From NCBI GenBank assembly GCA_963822445.1, contig CAWGHO010000001.1, forward strand, positions 928,001-992,000: a stretch of 64,000 nucleotides of DNA. The letters are read 5' to 3'. The notes beneath the pieces were generated by a model. The model did not search any database. It saw only the letters and a program-made list of their open reading frames with translations, and was not told where the DNA came from. Each line of letters starts with the position of its first letter. The first letter of the stretch is position 1. This DNA comes from an uncultured Acidobacteriota bacterium. GTDB taxonomy: Bacteria; Acidobacteriota; Thermoanaerobaculia; Gp7-AA8. This document shows, piece after piece, positions 1-9,590 of this stretch. Made by a program: the position numbers and the translations under genes.

Positions 1-857
1 CGACGAACGTCTTCTACTCGGTCGGCCGCGAGACCCCGGACATGCTCGGGCTGATGTTCTTCGCGCTCTTTTTCGGCATCTGCCTGACCATGGTTCCGCG
101 CGAGACCGGGGCGCCGCTGATCTCCGTGCTCGAAGCGGTGTTCGCCGCGGTCGAAGCCGCGATCCAGATCGTGATGCGGCTCGGTCCCTACGCGGTCTTC
201 TGCCTGCTCTTCACGATGACCGCGCGATTCGGCTTCGGCCTGCTGGCGAGCCTGGGCTGGTTCGTTTTGACAGTTCTTCTCGGCCTGGCCATCCACATGT
301 TCGGCGTCTACTCGGCGTCGGTCTGGTTCCTCTCGCGCATCAATCCGCTGGTCTTTTTCAAGCGCATCAAGACGGCGATGATCACCGCCTTCTCGACTTC
401 GTCCTCGAACGCAACTCTGCCGACAGCCCTGCGGGTGTCCGAGGAAAACCTGGGCGTGCCTCGGGACATCAATTCGTTCGTGCTCACGGTCGGCGCGACC
501 GCAAATCAGAACGGCACCGCGCTTTATGAAGGGGTGACCGTGCTGTTCCTCGCGCAGCTTGCCGGCGTCGATCTGTCGATGGGCCAGCAGCTGATGGTCG
601 TCTACCTGGCCATCCTCGGCGGCGTCGGCACGGCCGGCGTTCCGTCGGGCTCGATCCCCTTCATCATCGTCGTCCTCGCGCAGATCGGTGTGAATCCCGC
701 GCTGATCGCGATCATCCTCGGCGTGGATCGCATCCTCGACATGTGCCGCACGACGCTGAACGTGGTCGGTGACCTGACCATCGCCACGTACGTCGCGCGC
801 TCGGAGGGATACGAATTGCTGAAGGAAACGCCCGAGCCGGCGGCCGTCGATCTGTGA
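1..857 (+). CDS. Dicarboxylate/amino acid:cation symporter (DAACS, GltP/DctA family), 5'-truncated by window edge
   Basis: AFSTSSSNATLP, GATANQNGTALYE and GVDRILDMCRTTLNVVGD signature motifs; multi-TM protein. Confidence 0.93.
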   Translation, partial: TNVFYSVGRETPDMLGLMFFALFFGICLTMVPRETGAPLISVLEAVFAAVEAAIQIVMRLGPYAVFCLLFTMTARFGFGLLASLGWFVLTVLLGLAIHMFGVYSASVWFLSRINPLVFFKRIKTAMITAFSTSSSNATLPTALRVSEENLGVPRDINSFVLTVGATANQNGTALYEGVTVLFLAQLAGVDLSMGQQLMVVYLAILGGVGTAGVPSGSIPFIIVVLAQIGVNPALIAIILGVDRILDMCRTTLNVVGDLTIATYVARSEGYELLKETPEPAAVDL

Positions 858-1537
858 AACGGCCGCCGCGGGCAGTGGCGGCAGGTCTCGCCGGCCAGCT
901 CTTCCGCGCCGTTCCCTACCGCTACCGTTTCGCGACGGCGCTCGCCGTCAGCCGCTTCCTGCCGTTCGTGCGGCGGTTTCGCACGCCGTTCGAAAAGGAA
1001 GCCGACACGCGGGCGCGCGTGGTCATGCGCACGCTGACGTACGCGAACGTCCGGTTCCCGAACCCGATCGAAGTGCGCGGCCTCGAACAGCTGCAGGGAC
1101 CGGCGGTGATCATCAGCGTGCATCTCTTTTTGAACGCTCTGTTTCTTCGAGCGGTCGTCGAGGCCGGCCACAGACTGGCGATCGTTCGCGCGGTGCCCGC
1201 CGACCCGCCCTACCTCGCCGGTTCGGCGATTCCGCTCGATAACGATCTTCTGATCTCGCCGACGATCCTCGTCCGCCTTCGCGGCAGCCTCGCGAACGGA
1301 GAGGTCGTCTTCATCAACGTGGACGACGAGAAGCCGACGCGCTGGCAAATGCACGGGCTCAGCCTTTCCTCTGCCGCGGCGAGCTTCGCGCGCCGCCTCG
1401 GAGTGCCATTGTTCTTCGCCGCCACGCGCATGGCGAACGGGCACGTCGTCGCCGAGCTGCGACGCGCGAACGGAAAGACGGTCGATGAGGTGATGGAAGA
1501 ATTGAAGGACTTCCTGACGGTTGCCGATCGGACCTGA
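854..1537 (+). CDS. Putative acyltransferase-like protein (LpxL/lysophospholipid acyltransferase fold)
   Basis: GTG start overlaps upstream stop; IEVRGLEQL...AVIISVH, LANGEVVFINVD and FARRLGVPLFF resemble LPLAT blocks. Confidence 0.5.
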   Translation: MKRPPRAVAAGLAGQLFRAVPYRYRFATALAVSRFLPFVRRFRTPFEKEADTRARVVMRTLTYANVRFPNPIEVRGLEQLQGPAVIISVHLFLNALFLRAVVEAGHRLAIVRAVPADPPYLAGSAIPLDNDLLISPTILVRLRGSLANGEVVFINVDDEKPTRWQMHGLSLSSAAASFARRLGVPLFFAATRMANGHVVAELRRANGKTVDEVMEELKDFLTVADRT

Positions 1538-1560
1538 CGGCCTGACAATGCAGCCATCCC

Positions 1561-2418
1561 ATGTCAGTTTCAGCCATGCCTTTCTCTTCAATCGGCGTAG
1601 CCCGCTCGTTCGCACCCGAGAACTCGCCATACGACTGCGTGATGGTCGATGTGACCCACCGGTGCAACATGACCTGCGCGAACTGCTATCTCCCCAACCG
1701 GGTCATTCCGGACATGGACGCGCAGTGGCTCTCCTCGATCCTGGCTCGTCTGCCGCGCGGCACCTTCATCCGCTTGACCGGCGGTGAGGCCACGCTGCGT
1801 CACGACCTGCCCGACATCATTCGCGAGGTTCGCAACCACGGCCACCATCCGGTGCTGCTGACCAACGGCCTGAAGCTCGCCGATCGCGCCTACGTGCGCG
1901 AGCTGAAGCGCGCCGGGATCCAGGTCACGTATCTTTCGTTCAGCGGCGGATTCGACGACGACCTGTACGAGAGCATCGATGAGATGCGCTGCGCGGACCG
2001 CAAGATCCGCGCGTTCGAGAACCTTCGCGTGGAGCACATGTTCACCTCGCTGGGCATGATCCTGATCCGTGACGTGAACGAGCATGAAGTGAAGAACGTG
2101 TGGAAGGCCGTGCGGCGCGCGCGGAACGTCCGCGAGCTGCACCTGCGCTCAGTCGGCGCGATGGGCCGGCACATGAACACGGTGCCGTTGACCGCCGAGG
2201 AGATGTTCGACGTGTTCTGTCGCGCCGCGGAGATTTCGCCCGACTCGATCGAGTTGCGCGAGCGCTCCGCATCGGCCGATGAGTTCTTCTTCGGCCGCGT
2301 GCACGTGCAGATGACCGAGTGGCCGGCGCTGGGCAGCAGCGTTCGCGGCCGGCTCACGCCCGAGGGGTTGATCGCGCCGTTCATGGAGCACGTGATCGCG
2401 AACGACGGCGGCTACTGA
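1561..2418 (+). CDS. Radical SAM enzyme
   Basis: CNMTCANC (CxxxCxxC), LTGGEAT and LTNGLKL motifs; no SPASM cysteines visible. Confidence 0.9.
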   Translation: MSVSAMPFSSIGVARSFAPENSPYDCVMVDVTHRCNMTCANCYLPNRVIPDMDAQWLSSILARLPRGTFIRLTGGEATLRHDLPDIIREVRNHGHHPVLLTNGLKLADRAYVRELKRAGIQVTYLSFSGGFDDDLYESIDEMRCADRKIRAFENLRVEHMFTSLGMILIRDVNEHEVKNVWKAVRRARNVRELHLRSVGAMGRHMNTVPLTAEEMFDVFCRAAEISPDSIELRERSASADEFFFGRVHVQMTEWPALGSSVRGRLTPEGLIAPFMEHVIANDGGY

Positions 2419-3122
2419 TGACGTTTGCGGAGCAGCTCTTCGCGGCCGCGCAGCCGCTTCCGATCGAGACGAATCCCTTCGTCGTTCAGGTGATGCGTGG
2501 CGAGGCGTCGCGCGAAGCGATCCGCTCCTTCGCACTGCACCTCGCCTCGGCGACCGAGTCATTCACGCGCGCTCTGTACGCGGTGCTCAGTGTCTGTACC
2601 GATCTGCGGGCGCGGCAATCCTTCATCGGCAACGTTCTGGAGGAGGAAGGCGCGACCGGATTCGCGCCCGGCGTTGGAGCCACGTTCGACGAACGGCGCC
2701 GCCATCCGGCCATGGCCCGGCGTTTCACTCGCGCGGCGGGCGCGGACGACCACGAGATCGACGCGTTCCGGGTCGCGCCGCCGAACTGGTTCGACCGGCA
2801 GATTCGCGCGGGCAACTGGATCGGACCCTTCGCCTACATCGCCGTCGGCACCGAAGCGAATGTGCCGCCGACGTACCGCCTCCTGATCCCGGCGCTCGAG
2901 AAGCACTACGGCTTCAGCGAGAGCGACCTCGAATTTCTCATCGAGCACCTCGGCGCCGACGATCGCCACGCCCTCGAGGGCGCCATGCTCATCGAATCAA
3001 TCGCCGATACCGACGCCGCCCGGAACCAGGCACTCGAAGGCGCCCGCCGCGGCGGACGAGGCTGGTGGAAGATCCTGGAGCGCCATCAATCGAGCCTGAA
3101 ACCGACCTTCATCTTCACCTGA
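2418..3122 (+). CDS. Heme-oxygenase-like diiron enzyme (PqqC/CADD/TenA-like, HDO superfamily)
   Basis: ATG overlaps rSAM stop (TGATG); NVLEEEG...H, GTE and EHLGADDRH match HDO E/H iron ligand pattern. Confidence 0.75.
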   Translation: MTFAEQLFAAAQPLPIETNPFVVQVMRGEASREAIRSFALHLASATESFTRALYAVLSVCTDLRARQSFIGNVLEEEGATGFAPGVGATFDERRRHPAMARRFTRAAGADDHEIDAFRVAPPNWFDRQIRAGNWIGPFAYIAVGTEANVPPTYRLLIPALEKHYGFSESDLEFLIEHLGADDRHALEGAMLIESIADTDAARNQALEGARRGGRGWWKILERHQSSLKPTFIFT

Positions 3123-3295
3123 TACTGGGAAACCTTCCCGTCGGTGACCTTTCCGCGCATCTCCGTGACCTCGAACCAATCCACGTGCCGGAGCGTCTCC
3201 GACGCCCGCTCCACGCCCGCGGAAACGGCCTTCGCGAATGATTCCGCCGAGGTCCCGACGATCTCCACCATCTTGTAGATCTTGTTGTCAGACAT
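3086..3295 (-). CDS. Dodecin (flavin-binding protein)
   Basis: YKMVEIVGTS...RASETLRHVDWFEV...YQVKMKVGF, 69 aa; GGAGG RBS. Confidence 0.93.
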   Translation of the reverse strand: MSDNKIYKMVEIVGTSAESFAKAVSAGVERASETLRHVDWFEVTEMRGKVTDGKVSQYQVKMKVGFRLD

Positions 3296-3367
3296 GAACT
3301 TCCATCCTCCCGAAGCGCGAATCTTAGTGCGGTCAAGCTAGAATTGGCCGTTACGGGTGAGACGGGA

Positions 3368-4393
3368 ATGAAGGCGGCAACCATCGAACGAGTCAAACGC
3401 CGCGTGCTGCAACAGGCGGTGGCGGAGAACGTCGACGTGATTCGCGGCCTGCCCCCGCGCGCCCTCCGTCCAGCAAACCGGCTGTTCCGGGTCTGGGTAA
3501 AACGCGCGCCGTTCGTACTCGTTCCCCTGTTGCTGGCGGGCTCGACCTACCTCGCACGCCAGGATGTGACACAGCCCGCGCACGTAGAGCAGACACTCCT
3601 GTCTGCTGCTTCTGCTGTTCCAAAGGCCGAGCAGACAGGAGTGTCTGCTCTACGGAATGCGCCGCTCGAGCGCGTCACCGCGGCGGCGTTCCCCCTCGCC
3701 GTGCGGCGGGTCGTCCTCGACGCCGGTCACGGCGGATCCGACCCCGGCGCGATCGCCGACAAGGTCATCGAGAAAGACGTCACCCTCGACATCGGCCGCC
3801 GCCTTCGCACGCTTCTCGAAAAAGAAGGCTTCGAAGTCGTCTTCACGCGCTCGGATGATCGGACGATTGCTCTTCGCGATCGCGCCGTCGCCGCGAACGC
3901 CTCGAAGAGCGACATCTTCGTTTCCATCCACGTCAACACGATCCTCAAACACACCGCCAGCCGCGGCGTGGAGACGTACTACCTCGGCCCGACGAACGAC
4001 GAGCGGCTGACAAAGATCGCCGCGGCGGAGAATCGCGTGTCGGGTTACTCGATCGCCGACATGCGCAAGCTCCTCGACGGCGTGTACGCCGACGCGCGGC
4101 GCGATGAGTCGCAGGAGTTGGCCAATGCGGTTCAGCGCCAGCTTTTCGCGACGTTGAAGGCGAACGACCCGGGTATCGAGAACTGGGGCGTGAAGCGCGC
4201 GCCGTTCATCGTGCTCGTGGCCACCGACATGCCGGCCATCCTCGCGGAGGTCGGCTGTATTTCGAACGACAAAGAAGCAGCGATGCTTGGGCGTCCGGAG
4301 CACCGTCAGAAGATCGCCACCGCGCTCTTCGAAGGCATTCGCGCGTATGCGACCGCCAACGACGCACCGCCCAGGCAGGAGAAAGGAACTTGA
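3368..4393 (+). CDS. N-acetylmuramoyl-L-alanine amidase (Amidase_3) with N-terminal membrane anchor
   Basis: VVLDAGHGGSDPGA, EKDVTL, FVSIHVN and PAILAEVG zinc-amidase motifs. Confidence 0.92.
   Translation: MKAATIERVKRRVLQQAVAENVDVIRGLPPRALRPANRLFRVWVKRAPFVLVPLLLAGSTYLARQDVTQPAHVEQTLLSAASAVPKAEQTGVSALRNAPLERVTAAAFPLAVRRVVLDAGHGGSDPGAIADKVIEKDVTLDIGRRLRTLLEKEGFEVVFTRSDDRTIALRDRAVAANASKSDIFVSIHVNTILKHTASRGVETYYLGPTNDERLTKIAAAENRVSGYSIADMRKLLDGVYADARRDESQELANAVQRQLFATLKANDPGIENWGVKRAPFIVLVATDMPAILAEVGCISNDKEAAMLGRPEHRQKIATALFEGIRAYATANDAPPRQEKGT
3583..3654. repeat. REP-type palindromic doublet inside amidase CDS
   Basis: Perfect 25-bp inverted repeat CGTAGAGCAGACACTCCTGTCTGCT (3583-3607) / AGCAGACAGGAGTGTCTGCTCTACG (3630-3654); each arm is GTAG plus an internal hairpin; 72 bp total. 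Confidence 0.8.
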
Positions 4394-4396
4394 TGC

Positions 4397-5416
4397 ATGG
4401 CTGAGCTTCTCCTCGTGGGAATCGACCTCGGCACATCGCGGAGCGCAATCTCCGCATCCAACGGCGAGCGGTTCGTCGTCGACAGTTTCGTCGGCTGGCC
4501 GCTGGACATGGTCGCGAAGAAAGTCCTCAAGCGCGACGTCCTCATCGGCCATGAGGCGGTTGCCAACCGCACCATGCTCGACCTCCACCGTCCTCTCGAG
4601 CGCGGCCTGCTCAAGGAAGGCTCGGAGAAAGACGTCGAGGCGGTGCGCGAGCTGCTCAAGTACCTGCTCAAGCTCGTCGGCGTGAACGGCAAGATCAAAG
4701 CTTCGAGCGTACGGGCGGTGGTTGGCGTTCCGGCCGCGGCGCTGCGCACGAACAAGCAGTACCTGCGCAATTCGATGAAGGGCATCGTCGACAGCCTGCT
4801 CATCGTCTCCGAGCCGTTCGCTGTTGCGTATGGGCTCGACGCGCTGCTGCACACGATGATCATCGACATCGGCGCGGGCACGACGGACTTCTGCGTGATG
4901 AAGGGCCGGTATCCGACCGAAGAGGATCAACGGACGTTGACCGTTGCCGGCGATTCCATCGACACGCAGCTTCTGAAGCTGATCGAAGAGCGCTACCCGC
5001 AGGCCAACGTGACCGTGTTCATGGTCCGCGAGTGGAAGGAAAAGTACAGCTTCGTCGGCGACCGCGAGGAGCGGTGCATCGTCACCGCGCCGGTGAAAGG
5101 CGTCCCGACGGAGCTCGACATCACCGCGGAAATGCGCACGGCGTGCGAAACGCTGCTGGCGCCGGTGACCGAGACGATGCTCGACCTGCTCGCGCGCGTC
5201 GAGCCGGAGTTCCAGGAGCGCGTTCGCCAGAACATCATCCTGTCCGGAGGCGGCGGCCTGATTCGCGGCCTGCCCCAGGCACTCGAGGCCGCGCTGAAGT
5301 CCGTCGGCGGAGGCAGCGTCCGCTACATGGACGATCCGGTGTTCGTCGGATCGGACGGCGGACTGGCGCTGGCCACTGATGCTCCGGAAGGGGACTGGGA
5401 AAAATTGACAGCGTGA
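4397..5416 (+). CDS. MamK-like bacterial actin (MreB/MamK family)
   Basis: GIDLGTSRS, VVGVPA, VSEPFAVAYGLD, IIDIGAGTTD, PTEEDQRTLTVAG, KEKYSFVG and QNIILSGGG; reads closer to MamK than to canonical MreB as I recall them. Confidence 0.85.
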   Translation: MAELLLVGIDLGTSRSAISASNGERFVVDSFVGWPLDMVAKKVLKRDVLIGHEAVANRTMLDLHRPLERGLLKEGSEKDVEAVRELLKYLLKLVGVNGKIKASSVRAVVGVPAAALRTNKQYLRNSMKGIVDSLLIVSEPFAVAYGLDALLHTMIIDIGAGTTDFCVMKGRYPTEEDQRTLTVAGDSIDTQLLKLIEERYPQANVTVFMVREWKEKYSFVGDREERCIVTAPVKGVPTELDITAEMRTACETLLAPVTETMLDLLARVEPEFQERVRQNIILSGGGGLIRGLPQALEAALKSVGGGSVRYMDDPVFVGSDGGLALATDAPEGDWEKLTA

Positions 5417-5420
5417 GTAC

Positions 5421-6286
<866 letters not shown>

Positions 6287-6305
6287 CAATCAAGGAGGCT
6301 CTGCG

Positions 6306-7742
6306 ATGAAGTCCTGGCTGTCCCTTCCCGTTGCCGCGCTCATTCTCCTCGCGGCATGTACGACCACCTCTCCCCCGCCGGCTGACCCGGTGACCGCCGC
6401 GCCGGTTACCGACGCGGCGCCGGCTCCCGCACCAGCGCCCGCTCCGGCACCTGCACCGATCGCGTATCAGGTCCCCGTCGAGTATCACAAGCTCGACAAC
6501 GGCCTGAAGGTCGTGTTGTCGCAGGATCGCACCGCACCGACGGTCGCCGTCGGCGTCTACTACAACATCGGTTTTCGCGTGGAGCCTCGCGACCGCACCG
6601 GCTTCGCCCACCTGTTCGAGCATCTGATGTTCCAAGGCTCGGACAACCTCGGCAAGATGGAGTTCATCAAGCTCATTCAGTCGAACGGCGGCGTCCTGAA
6701 CGGCTCCACGCGCTTCGACTTCACGAATTACTTCGAGATCGTCCCCGCGCACACGCTGCAGACCATCCTCTGGGCGGAAGCGGATCGCATGCGCAGCCTG
6801 GCGATCAACCAGGACAACCTGAAGAACCAGCAGGAAGTCGTGAAGAACGAGGTCCGCGTCAACGTCCTCAATCAGCCGTACGGCGGATTCCCCTGGCTGG
6901 ACATGCCTCAGTACGCGAACGCGAACTGGTACAACGCCCACAATTTCTACGGCGATCTGACCGACCTCGATGCGGCGACGCTCGAAGACGCGAGCAGCTT
7001 CTTCAAGACCTACTACGCGCCGAACAACGCCTCGATTGCGATCACCGGCGACTTCGATCCGGCGCAGGCACTCGCCTGGGTGAAGCAGTATTTCGGACCG
7101 ATTGCAGCGCAGCCGCAGCCCGCGAAGGTGGACATCAGCGAGCCCCGTCAGACCGCCGAGAAGCGCGCCACGAAGACAGACGACAAGGCCACACGTCCCG
7201 CGCTGGGCCTGGCCTGGCATGCGCCGGAACAGAACACTCCCGAGTACTACGCGATGGGTCTCATCGACCAGATCCTCGCCTCGGGCAAGGACAGCTGGCT
7301 GTATCAGGACGTGGTGCAGAAGCGCGGTCTCACCGGTGAGATCGGCTCGTCGATCAACCTCCTCGGCAACATGTTCAACATCGACGGCCCGACGCTCTAC
7401 ATGGCCTGGCTGTTCCACGACAAAGACAAGCCGGCCGACGACATCATCAAGGCCTTCGACGAGAACATCGTCCGCCTGCAGACGACCCAGGTCGACGCGG
7501 AGACGCTGAATCGCGCTCGCGTGAAGATGCGCTCCGCGCTGTACGGCGACATCGAAGGATTTTTTGGGTTCGGCCGCGCGGACCTGCTGGCCTCCTTCGC
7601 ACTGTTCGACGACGATCCGCACAAGATCAATCGCATCGAGTCGGAGTTCGCGAAGGTCACTCCCGAACTGATTCAGAAGACCGCGCAAGAGTACCTGCGC
7701 CCGACGAACCGCACGGTCCTCACGATCGTGCCGAAGGGATAA
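6306..7742 (+). CDS. M16 zinc peptidase, catalytic subunit (lipoprotein)
   Basis: HLFEH (HxxEH); lipobox LAAC followed by Pro/Ala linker; AGGAGG RBS. Confidence 0.92.
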   Translation: MKSWLSLPVAALILLAACTTTSPPPADPVTAAPVTDAAPAPAPAPAPAPAPIAYQVPVEYHKLDNGLKVVLSQDRTAPTVAVGVYYNIGFRVEPRDRTGFAHLFEHLMFQGSDNLGKMEFIKLIQSNGGVLNGSTRFDFTNYFEIVPAHTLQTILWAEADRMRSLAINQDNLKNQQEVVKNEVRVNVLNQPYGGFPWLDMPQYANANWYNAHNFYGDLTDLDAATLEDASSFFKTYYAPNNASIAITGDFDPAQALAWVKQYFGPIAAQPQPAKVDISEPRQTAEKRATKTDDKATRPALGLAWHAPEQNTPEYYAMGLIDQILASGKDSWLYQDVVQKRGLTGEIGSSINLLGNMFNIDGPTLYMAWLFHDKDKPADDIIKAFDENIVRLQTTQVDAETLNRARVKMRSALYGDIEGFFGFGRADLLASFALFDDDPHKINRIESEFAKVTPELIQKTAQEYLRPTNRTVLTIVPKG

Positions 7743-7745
7743 ATC

Positions 7746-9122
7746 ATGAAGAGAACGATTCTCACACTGGCTATCGCGCTCTTCGCGATCTCTGCGTTCG
7801 CGCAGAAACAAACACCGCCTGCCGCCGGAACGCCGAAGAACTTCGCGGTTCCACAGATCCGCAAAATTGATCTTCCGAACGGCCTGAAGGTGCGCTTCGT
7901 GCCGTACGGCGACATGCCCAAAGCGACCGTCCGCCTGGTGATTCAGACCGGCAACATGGATGAAGCAGAGAACGAGGTCTGGCTCGCTGATCTGACCGCC
8001 GATCTCCTCGAACAGGGCACGACGACGCGCAGCGCCGAACAGCTCGCGCGCGAGGCCGCGCTGATGGGCGGCGCGCTCGAAGTGAGCGTCAGCGCGAACC
8101 AGACGTCGATCGGCGCGGACGTGTTCTCCGAATCCGCACCCGCGGCGGTGAATCTCATCGCCGATGTCGCGAGAAATCCACGTTTCCCGGAATCGGAGCT
8201 CGCTCGCTTGAAGGCGGATCGTGTCCGCACGCTCTCCATCTCGCGCAGCACGCCGCAATCCGCCGCGCAGGAGAAGTTCTACAGCGTGATTTATCCGAAT
8301 CACCCTTATGGCCGCGTCTATCCGACCGAGGCCATGTTGCAGGGGTACACGCTCGATCAGGTGAAGGCGTTCCACGATCGCAGTTTCGGCGCGGCACGCT
8401 CGTTCGTGTACGTCGTCGGACGGTTCGATCAAAACGCCGTGGAGCGCGCGATTCGCGACGCGTTCGGCAACTGGAAGGCGGGCAGCACCGCGACGCGCGC
8501 CACCATCACGCCGGTCAGCAAGCGCGGTGTGTATTTCGTCGAGCGTCCCGGCGCCGTGCAGTCGACGCTGTACATCGGCCTCCCGGTCATCGATCCATCC
8601 AATCCCGAATTCCTGCCGCTTACAGTCATGAACTCGCTCCTCGGCGGATCGTTCGGCTCGCGCATCACCAGCAACATCCGCGAGCAGAAGGGCTACACCT
8701 ACTCGCCGCAAGGCGTACTTCAGGGGCGGCTCGGGACGGGCACCTGGATCGAGATCGCGGACGTGACGACGAACGTGACCGGCCCGTCGATCAAGGAGAT
8801 CGTCGGCGAGATCGACCGCCTCCGTAACGAAGCACCGACGGCCGCGGAACTGACCGGCATCCAGAATTACCTGGCCGGCACGTTCGTGCTCCGCAATTCC
8901 TCACGCAGCGGCATCGCCAACCAGCTCTCATTCCTCGATCTGTACGGAATGACCGAGGACTACTTGCGGACGTACGTGCAGAAGGTTTACGCGCTGACCC
9001 CGGCGGACATTCAGCGCCTGGCGCGAACGTACATCGACCCGGGCAAACTGGCGATCGTGGTGGTCGGCGACCCGGCCACGGTGCCGGATCAGATCAAGAC
9101 GTACGGGGAAATTGTGCGGTAG
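7746..9122 (+). CDS. M16 peptidase, non-catalytic partner subunit
   Basis: M16 fold (LPNGLKV, LGGSFGSRITSNIREQKGYTY); HxxEH absent; signal peptide. Confidence 0.88.
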   Translation: MKRTILTLAIALFAISAFAQKQTPPAAGTPKNFAVPQIRKIDLPNGLKVRFVPYGDMPKATVRLVIQTGNMDEAENEVWLADLTADLLEQGTTTRSAEQLAREAALMGGALEVSVSANQTSIGADVFSESAPAAVNLIADVARNPRFPESELARLKADRVRTLSISRSTPQSAAQEKFYSVIYPNHPYGRVYPTEAMLQGYTLDQVKAFHDRSFGAARSFVYVVGRFDQNAVERAIRDAFGNWKAGSTATRATITPVSKRGVYFVERPGAVQSTLYIGLPVIDPSNPEFLPLTVMNSLLGGSFGSRITSNIREQKGYTYSPQGVLQGRLGTGTWIEIADVTTNVTGPSIKEIVGEIDRLRNEAPTAAELTGIQNYLAGTFVLRNSSRSGIANQLSFLDLYGMTEDYLRTYVQKVYALTPADIQRLARTYIDPGKLAIVVVGDPATVPDQIKTYGEIVR

Positions 9123-9170
9123 CAGTTTTCATCGACGGCCTCCTGGTGTCGAAAGAACCAGGAGGCCGTC

Positions 9171-9578
9171 ATGCGCGCGAGTCCTGCGAATTCGTTCAAT
9201 TCCGACATCAACGTCACACCACTGGTCGATGTCTGCCTCGTTCTTCTCATCATCTTCATGGTCGTACTGCCGGCGCTGGTGAACGGCGTTCCTGTAAACC
9301 TTCCCGAAACGTCGAGCAAGACCGCTCCGGACGATCGCCTGATCCAGGTGACAGTGAAAGAAGACCTGACCGTCTATATCGACACGCTCGCCATCCGCCG
9401 CGAGGAGGTCCCGGGAGCTCTGGAACGGCTGCGCCTCTCTGCCGCGAACCGTCCGATCGGCGTCCGCGCCGACAAACGGGTCCCGTATGGCGAGGTTCTG
9501 GGTGTACTCGATGCCTGCAGGAAGGCGGGGTGGGCGGACGTGACGCTGATCGCGCAACAGCGCTCCGGTAGCAGCTAA
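9171..9578 (+). CDS. ExbD/TolR biopolymer transport protein
   Basis: DINVTPLVDVCLVLLIIFMV and VRADKRVPYGEV. Confidence 0.9.
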   Translation: MRASPANSFNSDINVTPLVDVCLVLLIIFMVVLPALVNGVPVNLPETSSKTAPDDRLIQVTVKEDLTVYIDTLAIRREEVPGALERLRLSAANRPIGVRADKRVPYGEVLGVLDACRKAGWADVTLIAQQRSGSS

Positions 9579-9590
9579 ACTGCTCCGGTT

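Noticed and set aside
3086-3122. 37-bp tail-to-tail overlap of the HDO and dodecin genes as a regulatory device
   Set aside because: Short convergent overlaps are common and nothing else supports a function.
4397-5416. Magnetosome gene cluster
   Set aside because: Only the actin is MamK-like; no other mam/mms/mad genes are recognisable in the window.
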